DNA from: an uncultured archaeon
GTDB taxonomy: Archaea; Micrarchaeota; Micrarchaeia; Micrarchaeales; CABMGC01
NCBI GenBank assembly: GCA_963704435.1
Contig: OY969902.1
Location: 270,001 to 302,000, forward strand
Direction: 5' to 3'
Length of the DNA: 32,000 bases
How positions within the stretch are numbered: the stretch's first letter is position 1; the number at the start of each line of letters is the position of its first letter. The translations under genes were made by a program, and so were the position numbers. Shown piece by piece: positions 16,387 to 23,276 of this stretch. The notes beneath the pieces are model-generated. The model saw only the letters and a list, made by a program, of their open reading frames with translations, was not told where the DNA came from and searched no databases.

Positions 16387-16571
16387 CAGAGCACCAAATA
16401 GACTATGACTGAAACTGCAAATAGCGCCAGAAAACTCTCCGCCTGCCTCATCAGCGTCTCCTTCCTCTTTCCGAACCCCGCGTCGCTCACTATCAGACAG
16501 GAGAATAGGATGCTTGAGGCCAACCCACTGAATCCTATCGCAATTCTGACAAACTCTAGAAGGATATCCAT
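16386..16571 (-). CDS. Small membrane hairpin protein (61 aa, 2 TM with basic loop)
   Basis: IAIGFSGLASSILFSCLIV - GFGKRKETLMRQ - FLALFAVSVIVYLVL. Abuts the upstream gene with 0-nt spacing. Confidence 0.5.
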   Translation of the reverse strand: MDILLEFVRIAIGFSGLASSILFSCLIVSDAGFGKRKETLMRQAESFLALFAVSVIVYLVL

Positions 16572-17180
16572 CTAAACCACTTTCACATCCAAGCAGTATC
16601 CCATCATATACGCCATGAGCAGGCCCCCCGGTTCGCTCTCGAAAGACAGCAACCGCGCGATCAGCGCGCGCTTGTCTGCAGCAAAAATCTCGATTTTTCC
16701 CCTTCCCTGCTTCCTGAGGTATGCGCCAAGCGCGTCCAGCCTTTCAGCATCGATTAATCCAAGCTCTGCGAATGCCCTTTCCTCCATTGGCTTTACGCGG
16801 GCACAGCCATTCCAAGAGCCGTTCGTAAGGAGTAGGTCATATGCGATTCTCCTGAACACCGCTCCATGCATGTCCTGTGCCTTCCCAACGTAGCCTCGCC
16901 ATAGCTCAAGCCCGCTTCCTCCAAGGGCACATGCTGCGCGAATACTGCCGAGCTCTCCTGCGCCGTAGTTCTCAGCGCAGCTGATTGGTAGGTTATACGC
17001 TAGTTGGCGGGCATCCGAGATATCTCCATGCGCGACGCTGTCTGCGCAGCCAATTTCTTCAGCGCACCGTATCTTTACCTTGGCTTCCGGAAGCCTCACC
17101 TCTTTCATCATCAGCATGAGAAGTACGCCGAGGGGTATAGGCAGTATCTGAAGAGCTATCTGCGAGAAAGCGCTGATCAT
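16572..17180 (-). CDS. N-terminally membrane-anchored Cys-containing protein (202 aa), unknown function
   Basis: TM/signal anchor IALQILPIPLGVLLMLMM followed by a soluble domain with 6 Cys. ATGA overlap with the upstream gene. Confidence 0.5.
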   Translation of the reverse strand: MISAFSQIALQILPIPLGVLLMLMMKEVRLPEAKVKIRCAEEIGCADSVAHGDISDARQLAYNLPISCAENYGAGELGSIRAACALGGSGLELWRGYVGKAQDMHGAVFRRIAYDLLLTNGSWNGCARVKPMEERAFAELGLIDAERLDALGAYLRKQGRGKIEIFAADKRALIARLLSFESEPGGLLMAYMMGYCLDVKVV

Positions 17181-17854
17181 AGCCTCACCAAGCTGAATCT
17201 ATCGGCACTCAGGCGTATGGCCTTGTATCCGCTTTCGTTGATGTCGCGCAGCGCGCTCTCTATATCATCGCGTTCCACATTCACAATCTTGGATATCGCT
17301 TCTATGCTCTGGTTGTTTGCGCTCTCAAGGATTATCAGCCTGTGGAGCAGTCTCCTGTTCTTATTGAGCACGGCATTATGCATTTCATTCAGTCTCCGGT
17401 TCTCTTTCGTGAGCCCGATGATTCTCTTCGAGAGTATTATGTCCGAATTATCGGGCCGAATCGGCGCATCTTCCTTGAATGCGCATCCCACCCTCTGCCA
17501 TGAAAGCGCGATGGCCAGGTAGGGGTACAGTCCCGCGAGCGAGATATCATAGTCCTTGCTTATGACCTGCATGACGCTGAGGAATCTCATGATTGCCTCG
17601 TCCAGGAAATAAAGCGGCGTAGTTTTGGAATATATGGAGATTGACGCGCGGGTTTTGTCTAGCTCTATGGAATAGAAGCGACTGCCCTGCTCCCCCTCTT
17701 CCAGCACATAGCCCAGCGTAGCACCATGCCTGACCTGCTTCAGGTTAGGGTAAACGCTTAGCTTTCGCTGCATTGCGTTCATGCAGGTAAGCAGCCTAGC
17801 CCCCACCTCGAGCTTGCTTATCAAGTAATTATCGCTCTTCCTTTCCCACTTCAT
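17177..17854 (-). CDS. Cytoplasmic protein (225 aa) with probable C-terminal winged-helix, unknown function
   Basis: No TM. A coiled-coil-like stretch (ENRRLNEMHNAVLNKNRRLLHRL) is followed by SIEAISKIVNVERDDIESALRDINESGYKAIRL. Overlaps the ATPase gene by 26 nt. Confidence 0.5.
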   Translation of the reverse strand: MKWERKSDNYLISKLEVGARLLTCMNAMQRKLSVYPNLKQVRHGATLGYVLEEGEQGSRFYSIELDKTRASISIYSKTTPLYFLDEAIMRFLSVMQVISKDYDISLAGLYPYLAIALSWQRVGCAFKEDAPIRPDNSDIILSKRIIGLTKENRRLNEMHNAVLNKNRRLLHRLIILESANNQSIEAISKIVNVERDDIESALRDINESGYKAIRLSADRFSLVRL

Positions 17855-18884
17855 TGATCTCTCCTACGCTTGAAACCGCAAAGGCAAATGCGTCTGCAAT
17901 ATCTTCGTCCTTTATGCCCAATCCCCTAGCCGAGACAAGGATCCGCCTTCGGTCCACTCCGCTTTCTATCAATTCCCTAATGAGCTCTGAAAGCTCCACG
18001 TATCCTGACTCTTCCGCTCTGCGCGATATCCTTGATGCGTGCGCGGAGTCGCAGATTTTACCCATCTCCGATTCAAACTTTTTTCTAGATACCTCCATAT
18101 CCATCAAATCACCTGCTCGTATCCTCAGGAACCTTTCAGGCACTATGCCAACCACCTTTTCTATGAAGAAAAGGCTGCGCCTGTTTGACGCATTTGTCTG
18201 AACGATTGCGCAGCTTCCGACATTCTGGTTCTGTATCCTCTCAATCTCCTTTCCAGTAATACCGTAGTTCCTGGCGAGGCCTTCAAGGCTCTGCATGTTC
18301 TGCAGCCTGAACGCGAACAGCGTAGCCGCATTGGACAGCATCGACATGTCCACATCTTCGATTAACTGCGATGAGAAGATCAGTCCGTGTCCGTATTTTC
18401 TACCCTCTCTGAGTACGGCCTCCAGAGGCCTACTGCTCCCAAGCAGTTTCCATGCTTCATCTAGCACTATGAACACTCTCCTGCCTCCGGCCTTGCTGAA
18501 ATCACGCATCTCCTCCGATATCCTTCCAAGAATCTTGTCTGCCGCGTCGACCTTGTCTCTCTCACGTTTCATTCCGCCCAGATCAAAATGGATGATGCCT
18601 TTCGAGCGGTCTCCAATCTCTTTTGGGAAGTCTTCCGGAGCAGCGCTTCGCAGCCCGACAAGTTCAACGAAACCCCTATACTCCCCCGTAAAGTCTATGA
18701 CAACCACCAGCGAGTCCATCATTACAGAGAGCCGGAGCATGAGGCTCTTCATCAGGTAGGTCTTTCCGCTCCCAGTCACCCCGCATATGAATATGTGTGG
18801 GTTCATCAGCTGCTCAAAATTCAGGAAGCAAGGGAGAAAGTGCGCGTTCCCTACGAATACCCCTGCCTTGGAGTTCTTGAGCAC
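17829..18884 (-). CDS. VirB4/TrbE/CedB-like ATPase, C-terminal P-loop domain (frame open upstream to 18998)
   Basis: 351 aa from GVG-context GTG 18884. Walker A ICGVTGSGKTY, Walker B RRVFIVLDEAWKLL, REGRKYGHGLIFSSQLIEDV, which is the VirB4-type motif set. Confidence 0.8.
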   Translation of the reverse strand: MLKNSKAGVFVGNAHFLPCFLNFEQLMNPHIFICGVTGSGKTYLMKSLMLRLSVMMDSLVVVIDFTGEYRGFVELVGLRSAAPEDFPKEIGDRSKGIIHFDLGGMKRERDKVDAADKILGRISEEMRDFSKAGGRRVFIVLDEAWKLLGSSRPLEAVLREGRKYGHGLIFSSQLIEDVDMSMLSNAATLFAFRLQNMQSLEGLARNYGITGKEIERIQNQNVGSCAIVQTNASNRRSLFFIEKVVGIVPERFLRIRAGDLMDMEVSRKKFESEMGKICDSAHASRISRRAEESGYVELSELIRELIESGVDRRRILVSARGLGIKDEDIADAFAFAVSSVGEINEVGKEER

Positions 18885-18967
18885 CTCGCCAAGGCTCTGC
18901 GCGTACGTCTTCGGGAACCTGACTAGTTGCGCGATTCCGCGCGGGCTGGATATGTATGACTGCCGGT

Positions 18968-19702
18968 TCAGACGACCACCCGCTGCAGAGAGGCCTCTTC
19001 AAGCAGCGCCTCACCCCTTAGGGTCTCGCATTCGAACCCAAGCACCGATGCGAACGCGCTCGCGATCCTTCCGATGTTTTTCTCGGATTCCAAGGAGGCC
19101 TCAATCTCGCTTTTGCTTAGGCCAAACGTCTTCAATTTGGCCTCTATCGATAGCGGTTTCTGCTCTCTGAGGTTTCTCAGCTCCCCCTCGATCACACTCA
19201 GCTCCCTCTTGAGCGCGTTCATCCTGTCGTACTTCTGCGGATCTGACCGGGATATCTCAATCTCTTTCATCCTCCTTTTCGTCTCAAGCCCATCAATTAC
19301 TCTAATCCTGTCCACGCTCTTGATCCCTAGGCTAAACTCGAAAGGGAAGTCTACGTTGGAGATGAGCGTTTCCATGAGTTCGCCGTTCATACCAGTATCG
19401 CCAGCAGGTTTCATCAGCGCAATAGAGACCGCCAGGTGCCTGCTCCCCATATCTTTTGTTGCTGAGTACAGGCTTCTGCTCAACTTGAAGCCGCAATATG
19501 GCCCAACGGGTCCGGCGCGCTTCAGCACCAGGTCATTTATCAGGTGGCCTGAGCTGAAGAAGAGCGCGGCAAGAAGGAGGCTTGCGATTGCAAAGGCAAG
19601 GATATAAACGTTCAGGGTCAGCATGCTGGCAAGGAACATGGCTATTGCTGCCGAATAGAAGGCATACGAATATATCCTATAGAACTCCCTTTCTCGCATC
19701 AC
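18968..19702 (-). CDS. Two-TM protein with soluble domain; candidate VirB3-like anchor plus VirB4 N-terminal domain
   Basis: 244 aa. TM1 YSAAIAMFLASMLTLNVYIL, TM2 AFAIASLLLAALFF, then a 180-aa soluble region. It ends within the open upstream frame of the ATPase ORF. Confidence 0.5.
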   Translation of the reverse strand: MMREREFYRIYSYAFYSAAIAMFLASMLTLNVYILAFAIASLLLAALFFSSGHLINDLVLKRAGPVGPYCGFKLSRSLYSATKDMGSRHLAVSIALMKPAGDTGMNGELMETLISNVDFPFEFSLGIKSVDRIRVIDGLETKRRMKEIEISRSDPQKYDRMNALKRELSVIEGELRNLREQKPLSIEAKLKTFGLSKSEIEASLESEKNIGRIASAFASVLGFECETLRGEALLEEASLQRVVV

Positions 19703-19703
19703 A

Positions 19704-20693
19704 TCACAGAAGGTTCAATCTCTTGAGGGGCACTTCAGATCCAAGAAGTCTTGATAGCTCGCTCACCGATATTCCGGTAATCGCAAGGCTGAACGCAGGC
19801 ATCACGAAGGCGTATACTATGAAATGTCCCACCTCAGTGAAAATGCCGTTGAGCAGGCTCGCTATCCAGGATCCGATTCCGCCTATCCATGACAACAGGC
19901 TCACGTTGTCCAGGCCCTTGTCTGCGATGGACGTCGCGCTGTTAGTTATACCTTCAGAAGTAAGGGTCACCGCGCTTGATCCAGTCTCATTCGTCGCCAA
20001 CGTGTATGAGTTTGATATTGTAGCATTCATCACATAGGTCAGGGGGAACACTACATATAGGCATATTGCCAAAGCGATCAGGAATCCGCCAGTCTTCCTT
20101 GTAGGATAGAAAGACCTCAGGATCAGGCCGAGCGGAAGGATTAGGGTGAGGGCGCTTACTGCTATGAACGCAAGGACCGAGGCTTGCACAGTGACGCTTA
20201 CTGCGGCAGCACCGAGCGCCTGGACCGCGCTCTGTATTTGGCTCAGTATGGGGCTCAGAAAGACCTTGAACAGCCCCAACGCCGCGTAGAGCGGCAGCAG
20301 GACCATTATCAGGCCCATGATGTTCGTCAATATCGAATTGTAGGGGGTTCCAAGGAAATAGTACTGGCTTGAACCCACAAGATAGTTGTAGGCAAAGCAT
20401 ATTGCGGAGTTGTACGACATGAAATTGCTGCAGCTCGCCTGTGTCCCATTCCCCATCACAATGGAGTTCATGAGTGAATCCATCACCCCGTTGTTCACGA
20501 ACAGGAGCAAAAGCCCTCCGACCAATGCACCGTTTATCACCGATTGGATTATCTCGTCCCTCCCGAACTCCTTGAGCTTCTTGACGTTTGCCGCATATCC
20601 CGTTCCGAGCGCGATGCCCCCTATCGCGAGCATAATGCTCACGAGCGCTATGGCTATGTTCAGGCCGTACGTGCCGAACGGCGTGGTCTGCAT
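19704..20693 (-). CDS. Polytopic membrane protein, VirB6/TrbL/CedA-like candidate
   Basis: 329 aa with about 6-8 hydrophobic segments and a Ser/Thr/Asn-rich presumably external loop (NATISNSYTLATNETGSSAVTLTSEGITNSATS). 1-nt gap to the next gene. Confidence 0.5.
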   Translation of the reverse strand: MQTTPFGTYGLNIAIALVSIMLAIGGIALGTGYAANVKKLKEFGRDEIIQSVINGALVGGLLLLFVNNGVMDSLMNSIVMGNGTQASCSNFMSYNSAICFAYNYLVGSSQYYFLGTPYNSILTNIMGLIMVLLPLYAALGLFKVFLSPILSQIQSAVQALGAAAVSVTVQASVLAFIAVSALTLILPLGLILRSFYPTRKTGGFLIALAICLYVVFPLTYVMNATISNSYTLATNETGSSAVTLTSEGITNSATSIADKGLDNVSLLSWIGGIGSWIASLLNGIFTEVGHFIVYAFVMPAFSLAITGISVSELSRLLGSEVPLKRLNLL

Positions 20694-20697
20694 TGGC

Positions 20698-21078
20698 CTA
20701 CACCATCGAATTCACGGTGATATTCGTCAGGAGGTGCGTTGATGCTATTGCAAGCCCGTTTGACGCAACGGATAGCACTGCAACGATGACCGCCCCCATT
20801 ATGACATCTATTGTCGTGGCATGGAACATCGCCCTCTTGCTTGGAGGGAGCAGCTGCCCGACCGCATAAAAGATTCCTGCGACGATGAACAGGACGGCGC
20901 TCAGCATCGGGCCGATGTGCGAAAGCAGGTCTTGGATGTAATTGAGCGTAGATATGATGTCCAGCGAAAATCCGGACGCGTACGTTTTTCCCGTCATCAG
21001 AAGCAGCGCCAGCAAGGCGAACTTGACGTATTTCTTGAGAATGACTGTCGGACGCAAATATGCCTCTTTTATATTCAT
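20698..21078 (-). CDS. Secreted two-helix hairpin protein, VirB2/TrbC/CedA1/TedC-like pilin candidate
   Basis: 126 aa. Signal peptide KKYVKFALLALLLMTGKTYA/SG. The mature part has helix 1 GPMLSAVLFIVAGIFYAVGQLL, basic loop PPSKRAMFH, then helix 2 IDVIMGAVIVAVLSVASNGLAIA. First gene of the operon. Confidence 0.55.
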   Translation of the reverse strand: MNIKEAYLRPTVILKKYVKFALLALLLMTGKTYASGFSLDIISTLNYIQDLLSHIGPMLSAVLFIVAGIFYAVGQLLPPSKRAMFHATTIDVIMGAVIVAVLSVASNGLAIASTHLLTNITVNSMV

Positions 21079-21095
21079 ATTCCCACCATTATACC

Positions 21096-21116
21096 TAAGT
21101 AAATTATATTTACTTA
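21096..21116. promoter_or_regulatory. Palindromic operator-like site TAAGTAA-N7-TTACTTA upstream of the T4SS-like operon
   Basis: A perfect 10-bp inverted repeat ctaagtaaat-tat-atttacttag (21095-21117) lies 17 nt upstream of start 21078. It sits between an AT-rich TATA-like stretch (21118-21131) and the start codon. Confidence 0.45.
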
Positions 21117-21207
21117 GATAAATATATAAGCATTTGGATTCATATAGATATAAGCTCCTGTGAAGGTGATTGGTTTAAAGGCTAACCGGATTCACAAGAT
21201 TTAAATA

Positions 21208-21226
21208 TAAGTAAGACTATCTTACT
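21208..21226. promoter_or_regulatory. Second copy of the operator motif (TAAGTAA-N7-TTACT) at the AbrB-RelE promoter
   Basis: taagtaagactatcttact lies immediately upstream of ATG 21230. The TATA-like tttaaatata is at 21200-21209. Confidence 0.4.
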
Positions 21227-21229
21227 ATT

Positions 21230-21502
21230 ATGGAAACGACCATAGAGATGACCAAAACGAGCTCAAAAGGCCAGATAGTATTGCCGAAGGATATTAGAAC
21301 AAGATTGCATATCAAAAAGGGCACCGTATTTAGCTTGCAGGCAAAAGGCAAGGTGATTTTATTGAGGAAGATAGACAATCTAGCTCTTAAGGAGGATTTA
21401 GAAACATTGAAGCGCGTGAAAGCGGCGTGGGATGCCATAGAGCATGGGAGGTTCCACAAAGCGAGCAAAGAAGCATTTCTCAAGGAGCTGGACACATGGT
21501 AG
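21230..21502 (+). CDS. AbrB/SpoVT/MazE-type antitoxin
   Basis: 90 aa. SSKGQIVLPKDIRTRLHIKKGTVFSL is the swapped-hairpin AbrB DNA-binding signature. Its stop overlaps the start of the next gene (ATGGTAG). Confidence 0.8.
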   Translation: METTIEMTKTSSKGQIVLPKDIRTRLHIKKGTVFSLQAKGKVILLRKIDNLALKEDLETLKRVKAAWDAIEHGRFHKASKEAFLKELDTW

Positions 21503-21744
21503 AAGTTATCTGGACTGATGACTTTAGAGAGGAAGTCCAGAAAATCAGAGATGGATTGCTCAAAGAAAGAGTAAAGAAACAAATAGCGAAAATCGTTGAC
21601 GATCCAGACCGAGGCAAACCTCTGAGATTTGATATGAAAAGTGAACGTACGATCTATGTCAAACCTTTCAGATTAATTTATTCAGTAACTGGAAATAAGA
21701 TATACTTACTTCGATTTGAGCACAGAAAAGGAGTCTATGATTGA
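21496..21744 (+). CDS. RelE/ParE-family toxin
   Basis: The track ORF starts at 21427, but the likely start is ATG 21496, overlapping the antitoxin stop. 82 aa: MVEVIWTDDFREEVQKI...GKPLRFDMKSERTIYVKPFRLIYSVTGNKIYLLRFEHRKGVYD matches the RelE/ParE C-terminal pattern (yRiiY...v.ll.i.hRk.vY). Confidence 0.72.
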   Translation: MVEVIWTDDFREEVQKIRDGLLKERVKKQIAKIVDDPDRGKPLRFDMKSERTIYVKPFRLIYSVTGNKIYLLRFEHRKGVYD

Positions 21745-21827
21745 TATTCTCTTACGGCAGTTTCTTATTCTTATTTAATTCCTTAGCAGTAGGCATAAAT
21801 ATGCCCGACGCGACGCTATTTCGTTGT

Positions 21828-21913
21828 ATGCGGAAGGTCGAGGTCGAGATCAGAAGCCCGATATCGCCTGCGGAATACGCCAGGCTCATGTGTTCTTCAA
21901 GAGGAAGGGTTGG
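21828..21913 (+). pseudogene. Decayed fragment of a CYTH-gene 5' end
   Basis: MRKVEVEIRSPISPAEYARLM is 19/21 identical to the N-terminus of the intact CYTH gene at 23505. A 1-nt deletion after codon 21 breaks the frame. Similarity starts 15 nt upstream of the ATG and ends about 15 nt before the AbiEii-2 stop. Confidence 0.65.
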
Positions 21914-21927
21914 TGATGCTTGTGCGG

Positions 21928-22704
21928 TCACAGAAGCCCGTCCCTTTTTACAGCGCTTATGACTGTTCCGCTCACGTATTCATACCCCTCCAAAGTATGC
22001 TGCACGAACGGCTGGAGGGTCGTCCACGTGGCCTGAACTTTATCTATGCATTCTCCGAGCCATTTTCCCGAAAAATCGATTTTCGACTCCTTAAGCTTTC
22101 TTAAGACCAGTCCCTTACTTATGGACGTCCCCTTTCCGATCAGGTAATAGATGTCATACAGGTCGCGTTCCTTGTGCTTCCTGCCTGCGCTCATCAGCGC
22201 CCTGAATTTTTCGGAGAGTATCTCTTGCTTGTCCATCACGAGCGCGACGTAGTTCCTCGCATCAGCATACACGGGAGTTCTCGGCATCGGGACGGCCTTT
22301 TCGATAAGGACCGCCGTGGTATTTATCTCAAAAATTATCCTCTGCAGGGTGCTTCGCTTCCCGTTGTACCTCGGGCCTTCGATATCTATGGCTGCCTCGA
22401 TCGTGCCGAACGTGTTTACGGCCGGCTCGTCCACGTATCTTGCCGTATACTGAATAGACTTCAGTGCGGAATCAATCAGCTTCCTGGCTCCAGCCGCGTC
22501 TATCCTTCGGGATGTGAAATCCAGGTCCTCCGAGAACCTGTCGGAATTGTAGAATTTCGATATCGCGGTGCCGCCCTTGAAGACGAATTCATCTGTGGTG
22601 TTCGAGTATACCGAGGACAGGAGAAGGTCCTGAAGGTAATCCTTCTCCATCTGGTACTTGTCCTTGTACGTTGTGTACCCCTCGAGCTCCTCTTTTGTCA
22701 TCAT
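21928..22704 (-). CDS. AbiEii/AbiGii-family nucleotidyltransferase toxin (DUF1814-like)
   Basis: 258 aa. FKGGTAISKFYNSDRFSEDLDFTS is the canonical signature. Later blocks are EKFRAL and RDLYDIYYL. Confidence 0.8.
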   Translation of the reverse strand: MMTKEELEGYTTYKDKYQMEKDYLQDLLLSSVYSNTTDEFVFKGGTAISKFYNSDRFSEDLDFTSRRIDAAGARKLIDSALKSIQYTARYVDEPAVNTFGTIEAAIDIEGPRYNGKRSTLQRIIFEINTTAVLIEKAVPMPRTPVYADARNYVALVMDKQEILSEKFRALMSAGRKHKERDLYDIYYLIGKGTSISKGLVLRKLKESKIDFSGKWLGECIDKVQATWTTLQPFVQHTLEGYEYVSGTVISAVKRDGLL

Positions 22705-23276
22705 GCGACCACCAGTCCATTTAACACCCGCTCGATGCGCCTCCTGATCGTGCCCACGCCAGCCATCGCAAGGTATCTCGATAGCGTGCTGAGGTCAACC
22801 TTGTTTTTCTCTAGCATCTCATCGGCATATTCGTAGAAGATATTGAAGTATATCATGTCTATTATGGCTTTCTCAGGGTCCGCGACGAATGCGCCGTCCA
22901 CCTTCCTGTAGCCGAACATCATCCCTTTCTTGACATTCCTGAACTCCACCCTGTATCCGTTTATGTCCGCGATGGGCGCATGCCTCTTTGTTGTAACGAT
23001 GTAGATTGTGTTCGGGATCTGCTCGGTGAGGTTATGGAACCTGAGCGATGATATGAGGCTCACGTAGGACGGGTAGATTATGTTCGACGCTATCTCGTAC
23101 TCGGTCGCATCCCTCGTATAGTAGAGCCCCCTCTCAGCCAGCTTCAGAGCCTTGTCCCTGAACAGAAAGAGCGAAGCGTATGCCTTTGACTTCCCGATTA
23201 TTCTCGCAGTGTCAGCTATCGTAACTAGGTGGATGCCGTTACTGGAAAGATATTCGTTGAATTCTGACGTTTTCAT
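22701..23276 (-). CDS. AbiEi-like (COG5340-type) wHTH antitoxin / transcriptional regulator
   Basis: 191 aa. wHTH with ...LAERGLYYT (RGxY) and PEKAIIDMIYF block, similar to 12499..13119. 4-nt overlap with the downstream NTase. Confidence 0.7.
   Translation of the reverse strand: MKTSEFNEYLSSNGIHLVTIADTARIIGKSKAYASLFLFRDKALKLAERGLYYTRDATEYEIASNIIYPSYVSLISSLRFHNLTEQIPNTIYIVTTKRHAPIADINGYRVEFRNVKKGMMFGYRKVDGAFVADPEKAIIDMIYFNIFYEYADEMLEKNKVDLSTLSRYLAMAGVGTIRRRIERVLNGLVVA

Noticed and set aside
14074-16408. Plus-strand ORFs (up to 241 aa) antisense to the 735-aa ATPase and the small membrane genes
   Set aside because: The minus-strand genes have Walker motifs or clean TM patterns and coupled junctions. 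The plus-strand products are Ser/Pro/Leu-rich with no features.
18968-19001. Programmed -1 ribosomal frameshift joining the two VirB4-like ORFs
   Set aside because: The overlap sequence (GAA GAG GCC TCT CTG CAG CGG GTG GTC GTC TGA) contains no X-XXY-YYZ slippery heptamer, and no obvious downstream structure was seen. A mutation, an assembly error or CTG-coupled initiation are more economical explanations.
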